From Malacoraja senta (taxonomy: Eukaryota), in the NCBI GenBank assembly GCA_038087875.1, contig CM075985.1, forward strand, positions 6,138,001-6,202,000: a stretch of DNA of 64,000 bases, written 5' to 3'. The stretch's first letter is position 1. Each line of letters starts with the position of its first letter. Position numbers and translations under genes: made by a program. Shown one piece after another: positions 11,195 to 22,853 of the stretch. The notes below the pieces were generated by a model that did no database searches, was not told the DNA's origin, and was given only the letters and a program-made list of their open reading frames with translations.

Positions 11195-13120
11195 ATAAAG
11201 GACTGAGTTGTTGTCATGACACCATGACACAAGCTTCTCAATCACATTCCTGCACTTTGTCTTGTTGTTGTTGACCTGGTCAACAACAGTGGTATCATCT
11301 ATAAACTTAAATATCGAGTTGGTGTTGTATGTGGCCACACAGTCATGGGTGTACAAGAAGTAGACCAAGGTGCTGAGCACACAACCTAGAGGAGCATCAG
11401 TGTTGATGGTCAGGGAGGAGAAAATGTTGTGACTAATTAGAACATATAAACATAGAAAAATAGGTGCAGGAGTAGGCCATTCGGCCCTTCGAGCCTGCAC
11501 TGCCATTCAATATGATCATGGCTGATCATCCAACTCAGTATCCCGTACCTGCCTTCTCTCCATACCCCCTGATCCCTTTAGCCACAAGGGCCACATCTAA
11601 CTCCCTCTTAAATATAGCCAATGAACTGGCCTCAACTACCTTCTGTGGCAGAGAGTTCCAGAGTTTCAACACTCTGTGTGAAAAACGTTTTTCTCATCTC
11701 GGTCCTAAATAATTTCCCCTCTATCCTTAAGCTGTGACCCCTTGTCCTGGACTTCCCCAACATCGGGAACAATCTTCCTGCATCTAACCTGTCCAACCCC
11801 TTGAGAATTTTGTAAGTTTCTATAAGATCCTCCCTCAATCTCCTAAATTCTAGCGAGTACAAGCCGAGTCTATCCAGTCTTTCTTCATATGAAAGTCCTG
11901 ACATCCCAGGAATCAGTCTGGTGAACCTTCTCTGCACTCCCTCTAAGGCAATAATGTCTTTCCTCAGATTTGGAGACCAAAACTGTACGCAATACTCCAG
12001 GTGTGGTCTCACCAAGACCCTGTACAACTGCAGTAGAACCTCCCTGCTCCTATACTCAAATCCTTTTGCTATGAATGCTAACATACCATTCGCTTTCTTC
12101 ACTGCCTGCTGCACCTGCATGCCTACTTTCAATGACTGGTGTACCATGACACCCAGGTCTCGTTGCATCTCCCCTTTTCCTAATCGGCCACCATTTAGAT
12201 AATAGTCTGCTTTCCTGTTTTTGCCACCAAAGTGGATAACCTCACATTTATCCACATTATACTGCATCTGCCATGCATTTGCCCACTCACCCAGCCTATC
12301 CAAGTCACCTTGCAGCCTCCTAGCATCCTCCTCACAGCTAACACTGCCCCCAGCTTAGTGCCATCCGCAAACTTGGAGATGTTGCATTCAATTCCTTAGT
12401 CCAAATCATTAATATATATTGTAAATAGCTGGGGTCCCAGCACTGAGCCTTGCGGTACCCCACTAGTCACTGCCTGCCATTCTGAAAAGGACCCGTTTAC
12501 TCCTACTCTTTGCTTCCTGTTTGCCAGCCAGTTCTCTATCCACATCAATACTGAACCCCCAATACCGTGTGCTTTAAATTTGTATACTAATCTCTTATGT
12601 GGGACCTTGTCGAAAGCCTTCTGAAAGTCCAGATATAACACATCCACTGGTTCTCCCCTATCCACTAGGGGAGAACCAGTAGATTCTCTCCTAGTTACTT
12701 CCTCGAAAAATTCTATAAGATTCGTCAGACATGATTTACCTTTCGTAAATCTATGCTGACTTTGTCCAATGAATTCACCACTTTTCAAATGTGCTGCTAT
12801 CCCATCTTTAATAACTGACTCTAGCAGTTTCCCCACTACCGATGTTAGACTAACTGGTCTGTAATTCCCCGTTTTCTCTCTCCCTCCCTTTTTAAAAAGT
12901 GGGGTTACATTTGCTACCCTCCAATCCTCAGGAATTCTAACTGACTGAGATCTGCCGGTCAAGAAATCCAGAAGAAATACAGTTGGAGGCTCCAAGGCCA
13001 AGGTCCAGAAGTTTAGGGATGAGCTTATTCAGAAGTATCGTTTTGAAGGCTGAGCTGTAGTTCATGAATAGCATCTTAGATAGGTGTTCCTTTTGTCAAG
13101 ATGATCCAGAGCTTCATGTG
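11195..13120 (-). mobile_element. Rex1/Babar RT fragment split by the CR1 at 11439-12932
   Basis: [13 protein letters not shown] (right flank) continues as SHNIFSSLTINTDAPLGCVLS..YTHDCVA..KFIDDTTVV (left flank). Confidence 0.85.
11439..12932 (-). mobile_element. 5'-truncated CR1 LINE (RT and C-terminus of ORF2, 3' UTR)
   Basis: [45 protein letters not shown] (ORFs 12396..13001 and 11632..12303); tail at ~11440-11460; aatt duplicated at 11435-38 and 12933-36. Confidence 0.92.
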
Positions 13121-15511
13121 AACAAAGAATTCCAATGCATCTTGGTGCATATGACAAACTAATCCAAATCTGAATCTCTGATAAAGAAGTCAGAAAATTA
13201 ATTAATATAATTTGTTCCATGTTCAATTCTCAAAAACTTTATAGATAAATATAGATTGAGGATTTTCGGGTAAATTCCGTCTCTGTCATACAATGACATT
13301 TGAATACATTAAGCTTCCTTAGAATCTGTCTTTTCAAAATGTAATATTCCACCATATCCAAATATGGCAGAAAGAGAAAATTTTAGTTAATATTATATTT
13401 TCAAAGCATTTTTACAATTTATAAAATAGCCAAATTTAGCTGGAGGTTTCATTTCTCTATAGAAATATTCATTGCATTTGTTAAATTTCTTATTTAGAAA
13501 CTATGAATGGAAAAGTTCCACACTCATTTATGTGTGAGTGGCATAAGACCAATACCACTTCGAAGACAGGCATTGTGCAAGCTGAAAACTTCACATCAGT
13601 TTGCACACGAATCTGCAAGGCACCATTTGGACAGATGCTACCTACCTTTGAGCCTTGAAGATCAGGCAGCTTTCAGCTGCTTGTGCATTGTCCTCTCTCT
13701 TGTGCTGTTCCAACTTTGTGTGCTGTGAAAGAATTGATGTTTATTCATGTTATTCCTTAATAACATTTGTTTATTGCCACAGATGCACATTTATGGGAAT
13801 GTGGATTTACGTTTTGCAGAAGGTTCACTCCATGATAAATATATGTATAGTGTCCAAAAGGTTTGAAATCCCCTGCTTTCAGAGAGAGCCACAAGAAGTG
13901 TAGATCTGTGCAGTTGTCCTGTTATTTTATTAAAACCATTTGTTAAAACTTTTTTTATACAGGAAACAGAATGTTCAGTTTGATACTTTTGTTACCTCCA
14001 AGGTAAAACATTTTTTTTTTCTAGATTTACTAGTCGACTATATCCATCTAGCAATAGGATCTTTACCGGAATGGCTAATTATGTAATATAATGGAAAAGA
14101 TATAGTGATATGTATTAATGTGAATTTTCTTAAGATGATGATTTTCCCATTTCACTATATCATGCCTAACACAAGGTAAGATAAGTTTGATTTTTAGCTT
14201 GAAAGAATGATGACTGCTTTCCCCTAAGAAAGGGTAATCTTCCTGTTTTTAATGGTCCTCAGGTGAACCATAAATTGATAGTTCTCTGACTGAAATATTT
14301 GTTGAAGTTCTCCATGTCATTTCTGTAAAAGCAATGTAATAGGCATTGACCGATATTCAGGTATCAACAGTCGACGGTTCCACGGGCAAAATCTCATCAG
14401 AACATTATTTTTATTGATTTAACAGGAAAACGCAATTAATCTTTATTGCTAAATAAAGATTACAAATAAAAATAGTTGCTCTATATCGAAAGATAATTGC
14501 TAGAATAAGTATAATTTAATCCACCTCTAACTGTCTGCAAAACCAGTACAATCTAATTGATTCCTGAATCAGTGATAAACACATTCATCAATCTAGGAAA
14601 AGCAAATTCCTTCCTCATGCAGACAAGATATTTTCTAATGGCTTGCTAACAATATTGCAATGAAACATACACCACTTTTAGAAATGGCAGTTAACGATCC
14701 CCCCAGTGAATTATGCTAAATGAAAGATCAACACACAGCACTTCCACTTGTTTTTTCTTTTGGTCTCTGGTTGCTACATAGTTGTAGTTGATCATAGCAC
14801 AATGTTATTGCTTATCCACGGTATTGACATTTTTGAATTTGCTGGACTGAATTATATGAGCCATAAGGACTTGTTTTTGCCATTTTAGGCTGTGGTTTCT
14901 GAGTATAACACAGTGGTAAATTGGTTCAGATTGGATCCACAAAAAATCTCAGGTATGTGAGATGGAAATTGTTCTTGTATTTCCTCACACAATTGAAGGT
15001 TGCTATTTTCCCATTGTGTCCATGCTGGTTTTAAGAGCAATCCCACTCTCCCAACTATTTCCCTGTAATCTATTTTCTTTAACTTGTCCAATAACGGCAA
15101 CCTGATTTTTCCTATTATCTATCTGAACTCGGAGTTACTGTGTTTGCAGTATTTAGCCAGTACTTGTGATTTGGAAGCAAATTGGGCACCAAAGGACCAA
15201 ATGGTTTCAGTGAGAACATGCAACTTCTGCACGAAAAGCACCAGGGTTCAAGATTGAACCCAAGTGATTGGAGCTGTGAGGCAGCTGCACTTTCTGGTGA
15301 GATTTAATTGTAAAAGTTCTTGTTGAGGTTCAAAGCCATTAGTTTGTTTATGCATAAATGATAAAGATGCCTCAGGGATAAAACAGTTGGGATATTTACT
15401 GTGATTATCCATTTGGTGTCTCCCATTTATCTGACCACACCATCAGCCATAATCATGGTGTGAGCATTGCTGGCAAATCTATAATTTATCGTGTATCCAT
15501 GAGAAGGTGGA

Positions 15512-15740
15512 ACACAGAAAATGCTGGAAACACTTAACTGGTAAGGCAAATAATTAATATTTCAGGAGAAAAGGAATAGGTGACTTTTCAGGTCGAGAGC
15601 CTCCTTCATCAGTCTGATGAAGGGTCTCGATCCAAAATGTCATCTATTCCTTTTCTCCAGAAATGCTGCCTGACCTGCTGTGTTACTGCAGCATTTTGTG
15701 TCTATCTTCGGTGTAAACCAGCATTTGCAGTTCCTTCTTG
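15512..15740. repeat. Palindromic Penelope terminal-repeat element with back-to-back hammerhead-like cores
   Basis: The centre ccttcatcag-t-ctgatgaagg (15603-15623) is flanked by inverted arms ggagaaaaggaataggtgac / gtcatctattccttttctcc. Confidence 0.8.
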
Positions 15741-15983
15741 CACAAATTAATATTGCAGGCCTGGAATGCTTCATAGAACTGGGGAAAAGAGAACAAGTAA
15801 GTTCAAGAAATTAGAGACAATACAGCACAGGAACCACAAAGTCTATGTCGACCATACGCACAGAATATATCCTTCCATCTCTGTGTGTTCATTTGCTGTC
15901 AAAGTTCCTTTTAAATATTACTATTGCATCTGCTTCCACCACCTCTCCACCACACACATCCAAATGTGTTCAACCACTCCTAA

Positions 15984-16892
15984 TCTATACATAACTAAAG
16001 CTCTGATCTTGTGCACTTCCGGTTTGCGCGTTTTTTATATTTGCGCAAAAATGGTATGCGATCGCGCTACGATTTTTCACCAGCTCACTCACCGTTCTCC
16101 TGTGCTGCGAGTGCACCAAGTTTCGTTCCGATCGGTGGTATAATGGAAAAGTTAGCGAGGTTTAAAAATCGTAAAAAACGCGAGTGCGCAGATCGTTCTC
16201 CTCTCCTGCCAGTCAGCGCCGCGCGGATTAGTCTCTTCTCCTGTCACTCCGTGGACGGTCCGCCCCTTCCTGCGCCATCGCCTCTTTACTGAAGCCGAGG
16301 GAATCCAGCGGAGGGCTCCAAACGGGTGCCGACGGCTGATGCACCTCCGGGGCACGCAAGAAGGGAGAGGAGCGGCAACCTCGAGCTCCTGGGGAAGGGA
16401 GAGGAGCGGAGTAGGGAGGGGAGAGGAGTTATGCAGGGAGGGAGTGACTGAGGGTAGGGGAAAGGAGAGGTGATGGAGGGATTAGGGGAGTGTAGGAGGA
16501 GAGGGAAAAGAAGAGGGAGGTGAGGAGGGGGAATAAAGAGAGAGGAGGGCAGTGGGGGAGGTGAGGAGGGTTAATGGGGGGGATAGGGGGAGGTGAGGAG
16601 TGGGGGATAGAGGTAAAGGAGAGAGGTAGGGAGGTGAGAGAAGTTATGGAGGGAGGGAATGACAGAGGGTAGGAGAAAGGAGAGGGAGAGATAGAAGTGA
16701 GGGAGGGATTGGGGAGGGGAGGAGGAGACAGGAAAGAAGAGGGAGGGTGAAGAGGAGGGAGAGAGAATGCTAGGGATGAGGGGAAATGAGGTGCACCTGT
16801 GCAGTTGGGGGCTATGGGTGAATGGTGGAATATTGCGTTGGGGGACCAAGCCTCCTGTGCGACAGGGACCCAAAAGGTCCCACTTAGTCTGG
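15984..16892 (+). mobile_element. Non-autonomous Helitron
   Basis: Inserted between A15983 and T16893 with no TSD; 5' end TCTATACATAACTAAA; subterminal hairpin gggacc-caaaa-ggtccc (16865-16881); 3' end CTGG (CTRR). The interior has a CpG-rich block and a GA-rich tract. Confidence 0.8.
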
Positions 16893-17453
16893 TAGCTAAT
16901 ACTCTTTAATCCAGGCAATATCCTGCTGATCCTGATTAGTACATTCTAATTTGTCCAACTAAGCCATGCTGTTTTTTTTAATGCAAAAGATATGTTCCCT
17001 TCCACTCATTAACATATAATCTCATTTTCATATACATTTAATCTTTCTCCTTTATCTGGTTTTTCTAGCATTCCCTTAAATTCATCAATTCAGTTCTCCA
17101 CAACTTCCCACAATGGATTCCATATTCCAACTATATTTTCAATTAAGTTGTTCCTGACTTCCTTGTTGGAATTATATGTGAATATTTTGTATTTAGTTTA
17201 GTGTAGAGATACAGCTCGGAAACAGGCCTTTAGACCCAGCAAGTCCGCGCCAACCAGCAATCCCCCTTATGCTTTATAAGTACATAAGGGGGAAAAGGGT
17301 AACTAGAGAGCTAGTGTGACCTCTTAGGAATCACAGATGGGCAAGGTCTTCGACGAGTATTTCTCCTCTGTATTTACCAAGGAGAAAGACAGTAGGACGG
17401 AGGAACTTAAGGCAGTCATTGGAAGTGTCTTGAGAGCAGTCAGGGTTACCGTC

Positions 17454-18000
17454 TGTTAAATACCTCAAAGGCCAATAACATAATACAAAACCAGGTTCAA
17501 ATGGAAATATTATTTAGTTTTCACTAACAAAAAGAACTAATACCTGGATCAAACAAACAGAGGGGGGGGGGGGTCGGATGGGCTAGCAAACAAAAGATAA
17601 AGGGTGCTCTGGCCGACCACTCAATGGGCCGTCGGACCAGAGACTCTAAACCTGCCTCAGTGTTAAAATAAACCTGAAACAAAACCACGAAAACAATAAT
17701 GCCAGTCCCATCCTTCCCAAGCAAAATAAGTTAATACAGAATGAAGAGTTACATAAAGAACACTATGCAATCAAACAAACTAAACCAACGCCATACTGCT
17801 GCCACCAGTCTGAGGGGGAAAAGAGAGACTGCCAGTCACATGGTCTTTTTAAGCTGAGGCTCCGTCATCAGGCTCACGTGATGCAGCTTGGGCCAGGAGC
17901 CTCCAATCAGGTCAGGAGCAGCCAGGCAGCAGGAGGTACTAATGGTAATCAGAGAAACAGGTTAGTACATAATTAACACCAGCAGAGGGAGCGCATAACA
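17454..18000 (-). repeat. 3' LTR (547 bp)
   Basis: Direct repeat of 22854-23425, with ~12 substitutions plus a few indels by eye. Confidence 0.95.
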
Positions 18001-18010
18001 CCCCCACCCT
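18001..18010 (-). promoter_or_regulatory. Polypurine tract
   Basis: AGGGTGGGGG directly abuts the 3' LTR on the - strand. Confidence 0.75.
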
Positions 18011-18085
18011 AAGTTACTGAATATGTTTCTGAAAATAAAATAAAGACCACCACCAAATTTCAGAAACTATTTAGTAGCTCAGACA

Positions 18086-19436
18086 TCACTGGCGCGACAA
18101 TGCGTCAGCCAAGACATTATCCCTGCCACGGATATGCCTGACTTCCAGATTGTAGCCCTGCAACTGTAAACTCCAGCTCATTAACCGTCGGTTTTTATTT
18201 CTCATCCTATTTAAGAACACCAGCGGATTGTGATCTGTGTATACGACGACGGGAACATTCGAGGAACCAACATAAACCTCAAAATGATCTAGAGCCATTA
18301 ACATTGCAAGAGTTTCTTTTTCGATGGTAGAGTACCATTTCTGATGGCGATTAAACTTTTTAGAAAAGTATGAAACTGGATGTTCCACCCCATCAGAACC
18401 ATCTTGGAGAAGAACTCCACCAACTCCACTGTCACTAGCATCAACTGCCAACTTAAACGGCCGTTCAAAATCGGGTGCTGCAAGCACGGGTGCGCACACA
18501 AGAAGGCTCTTTGTTTGTTCAAAAACAGTTTGACACACATCGGACCACTCAAAAACGACTTTCGGACTTAACAGATCCGTTAAAGGAGCAGCCACCACAG
18601 AGAAATTTGGACAGAACCCTCTATAGTACCCCACCATTGCCAGATAACGACGGAGCTCAGTCCTAGAGGTAGGAGCTGGAAACGTGACAATATGCTCTAT
18701 CTTTGCCTGGAGAGTGCGAACCTGACCCCGGCCCACCACTTTACCAAGATACGTTACCATGGCCTGGCCAAATGCACACTTTCCAAGATTGATGGTCAAG
18801 TTTGCATGAGCGAGTCGTTTGAATACCTCTTGTCAAGTGGTCGATGTGGTCGATCCACGACCTGGAGCACACAACCAAATCATCATGGTACGCCTCACAA
18901 TAAGACAGACCAGACAACACTACGTTTACCAACCGTTGAAATGTTGCCGGCGCGTTACGCATACCAAAAGCCATGACAGTATATTGAAGAAAATCATCAG
19001 GTGTAACAAATGCAGAGATTTCTTTCGCACGCTCAGTTAGAGGGACTTGCCAATATCCCTTCAATAAGTCCAATTTTGTGACAAAAGAGGCACTACCGAC
19101 ACGATCCACGCAATCCTCCATACGTGCGAGAGGAAAACATTCGGTTTTGGTTACGAAATTAACCTTACGAAAGTCAGTACAGAACCGGTCGTCACCATTA
19201 GCCTTGGCAGCCAACAGACAAGGAGAGCTCCATGAACTACAGCTAGGCTCGGCAATGCTATGCTGCAGCATATAGTCAACCTGACTCTTTATACGGCGGC
19301 GCTTGTCTGGATTGACACGATATGGGTGTTGCTTAATTGCCTTAGTATCAGCCACGTCAATGTCATGTTTTAGAATGGAAGTTTTAGACGGCACATCAGA
19401 AAACAGCGACTTATTTGACTCAACCAAAGCAATCAT
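18086..19436 (-). pseudogene. Reverse transcriptase plus RNase H, frameshifted
   Basis: RFCTDFRKVN..KLDLLKGYWQV..MAFGMRNAPATFQR..YHDD; RNase H AVDASD..IEKE..YTDHNPL..LADALSR. Confidence 0.92.
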
Positions 19437-21437
19437 CTCTCCGATGACTCTCAGTCAAGCGAGACAAACGCAATGGAAGTGTTTTCAACGCCTGAGAATT
19501 GGACAGTTTACCATGCGTCACAGCCACAGACAAATGTGCCTCACCCACTTCAGCACCAGTGTCAGGGGGCAGCACCATCGCAGTCAAAACAGGCTTGGAC
19601 GATAGTGTGGGACACAGCGTCTCCGATTCAAAACCCACAGCCTTTTTCTCATGATATCGTTTCAGCATGTTTACATGGCAAAGCTGATTTTTACGCCTCC
19701 GATCAGGAGTGTCAATTAGGTAATCTCTCTCACCCATTTTCTTTCCTACCAGATAAGGGCCGCTATAACGAGCCTGCAGACTAGACCCAGGAATTGGCAA
19801 CAATACCAAAACTTTGTCACCTGGTAAAAAGTCTCTGCTCTTAGCGTTCTTCTCGAACCATTCTTTCATTTTTGTCTGGGCAGTTTCAAGATTTTCCATA
19901 GCCAATTCACATGCCCGCCGCAGTCTAAATCTAAAGTTACTGACGTGTTCCAAAACATTTTGTTTCGTTTCTTCCTGTAACCACTTTTCTTTTAGGACTC
20001 TTAAAGGACCACGTACTGTATGGGCAAAAACTAAGTCAGCAGGACTAAAACCCAAAGATTTCTGCACGACCTCTCGTACTGCAAACATCACCAGATGAAC
20101 GCCATCATCCCAGTCCTTCTCAAATTCCAGACAGTACGTACGCAACATAGACTTTAATGTCTGATGGAAACGCTCGAGAGCGCCCTGGCTCTCAGGATGA
20201 TAAGCACTTGAATGACAATGTTTGATGTCTAGTTGTTTCAGCACTTGAGCAAATACTTTAGACATAAAGTTTGATCCCTGGGCACTTTGTATCACCTCAG
20301 GTAGACCAAATAAGGAAAAAAACTTAGTAAGAGCTTTCACTATAGTGGGAGCAGTTATCTTCCGTAATGAATCACCTCTGGAAAACGGGTAGATGCACAC
20401 ATTATGGTTAACAAAAACTTGTTGCCAGCTTTCGTTCGAGGCAGTGGACCCACACAGTCTATCATAATACGTTCAAAAGGTTCACCAACTACAGGTATCG
20501 GATACAAGGGTGCAGGAACGATAGTCTGGTTTGGTTTACCTGCTACTTGGCATGCATGACAACACTTGCAATGCTGCACTACATCCCTCTTTAACCCAGA
20601 CCAAAAGAAATGTCGTAATATACGGTCGTATGTTTTATTAACTCCTAAATGGCCAGCAAGAGGATTATCATGAGCCAAAGTAAGTATTTCATTCCGATAC
20701 CTATGTGGCACTACAATCTGCTTAACAACGCTCCAGTCATCCTGACCAGATGCATTCAAAGGAGACCATTTACGCATTAGCAAGTTATTCCTCAGAAAAT
20801 ATCCCTTTGACAAGGAATCCACTTCCACCTCTGACACTGCACTGTCAATCAAAGCAGACAAATCGGCATCACATTTCTGCTCAGCAACCAACTGGTCACG
20901 TGACAACGACACCGGTTTAGTCTCAGACATTTCATCAACTTGTGATGCAGACACACCCTGCGCAACACAGGATCCACCATCCTGATCCACAAGGAAACAC
21001 TCACTCAAGTCAATTTCATCATCAAACGTAGCTTGGTTCCTAGCCATAGCACGAGTGACAGCACATGATGCAAAATATTTTGGATGCTGCTCAGCAAGTT
21101 TATCTGGACATTGCAACACAGGAACAGGCGTCACTTCAGGAGTGACCAAAACTTTTCCCCCAGCCAAATCGTTACCCAGAATCAACGACACTCCCTTTAT
21201 GGGAAAACGTGGCCGTATCCCCACAGCTACTCGACCCGAAACAAGCTCAGACTCAAGGTTAACAGTATGCAATGGCACTCCCATGCCCTCCATACCAAAC
21301 CCTACAACTGGGACACTAGAACCAACACATGATTCAGCTGAAAATGGTAGCACATCTTCCAAAATGAAGGACTGAGAGGCAGCAGTATCACGCAAGATTG
21401 TCACAGGTACTTTACTGTCCCCATCCTCCATAGACAC
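19420..21437 (-). pseudogene. Aspartic protease plus integrase (HHCC, DDE core, GPY/F), frameshifted
   Basis: ILRDTAASQSFI; AHDNPLAGHLG...CKCCHACQ; IDCVGP / QSAQGSNF (second D replaced by A) / ERFHQTLK; YSGPY. Confidence 0.9.
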
Positions 21438-22686
21438 AAATCCCTCATGACAAAAGGAGAAAAATCCACCAAATCATCAGTCTCAGGCACCACAGGGATT
21501 GCATGTGCCTTCTGTGTGTTGACCAAAACCACCGGCTTCGCTTTTTTCTTTTTAAGAATGGGACACGTTTTACAAATGTGCCCTCTCTCCTTACAGTAGA
21601 AACACATTGGACTGTCCTTATCCCCAAATCACTGTCAGTTTTATCAGGTTTGACTTCCCACTGCTTTGAAGTGCTGCTATCAACTGGCACAGAAAAAGTT
21701 TTTATACTGTTACCAGCAACACCACCACGATCAACTGGTCTCCCACTAAAACCAGAGGATCGCTCCCCAAAAACTGCCTTATGAGTGAGCACATATTCAT
21801 CCGCCAATACAGCGGCCTTAGACACGTCTGAGACTTTCTGCTCATTAAGATATGTTGTTAATCTTTCAGGAAGACAGTTTTTAAAATCCTCCATTAACAT
21901 CAAGGACTTTAACTGGGCAAAATCTTTTACACCCGGAGAAGCACACCAGCGTTCAAACAGAGCCTCCTTTTCGCGAGCAAATTCAACATATGTTTGGTTA
22001 TCATATTTTCTGAAACGCCGGAATTTTTGGCGGTACGCTTCGGGAACCAACTCATACGCTCTGAGGACGGACGATTTTACAATTTCATAGTCAAGGCTAT
22101 TGTCTACAGACAATGACGAATATACCTCACGCGCTTTACCAACAAGGACGCATTGCAACAGCAATGTCCACACGCCCTTAGGCCATTTCAGTAATATAGC
22201 CACACGCTCAAATAAAGTGAAATATTTATCAACATCTTTTTCACTGAACGGTGGAACCAAACGAATATTTCTGCTCACATCAAACTCATGCTCTTTAGAA
22301 GAGAACCGGGAAATATCTAATTCTTTCTCCCGCAGCTGAAATTCAGCCCTTTTGGTTTCCTCCTCAAGCCGTTTCATTTCAAGAACATGCATGAGCTCAT
22401 CCTTTTTAAAGGCCATTCTCTGTGACTCAAGCTCCATCTCCTTCCGTTTAATGACGGCCTCCATGTTCTGAACTGGCTGTATAGATTTATGACTGTCAGG
22501 ACTACTAGGCAACACCTCTTGGTCAACCAAAGCAGTCCATAACAACGTCTTAATTGACTGTTTGTTTGCCTGTTTATTAATAGAAACGCCATATTTATCT
22601 GCAAGCAACACTAAATTTTCCTTAGTACATTGATGAAACATCTCTAGGCTAGGAGTCTCAACAAACTCTTCCACCTTAAATTCCAT
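21401..22686 (-). pseudogene. Gag with SCAN-related capsid region and CCHC zinc knuckle (frameshifted)
   Basis: VPPFSEKDVDKYFTLFER..AYELVPEAYRQKFR..LADEY; the CFYCKERGHICKTC knuckle is in a shifted frame (21401..21607). Confidence 0.9.
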
Positions 22687-22836
22687 TTTTCCTGCTCACA
22701 TATGCTACCAAAATAGCCAAAACAACAGGTTACTAGAACCACAAAGCAGAAAAAAATGATTACACAAACAGACTACCACTGCCACAAGAAGCCTATCTAA
22801 GTACACAAAACGTCTAGGGTTTACTCAAAAGTTTGA

Positions 22837-22847
22837 ACGAGCCCCCA
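22837..22847 (-). promoter_or_regulatory. Primer-binding site, tRNA-Pro type
   Basis: TGGGGGCTCGT lies 6 nt inside the 5' LTR boundary and matches the first 11 nt of the canonical tRNA-Pro PBS (TGGGGGCTCGTCCGGGAT). Confidence 0.8.
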
Positions 22848-22853
22848 TAATTA

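Noticed and set aside
12396-13001. 201-aa ORF as a novel RT gene
   Set aside because: It is a chance in-frame junction of a Rex1 fragment and an inserted, truncated CR1.
16571-16918. Pro/Ser/Leu-rich ORF
   Set aside because: Translation of the low-complexity purine tract inside the Helitron.
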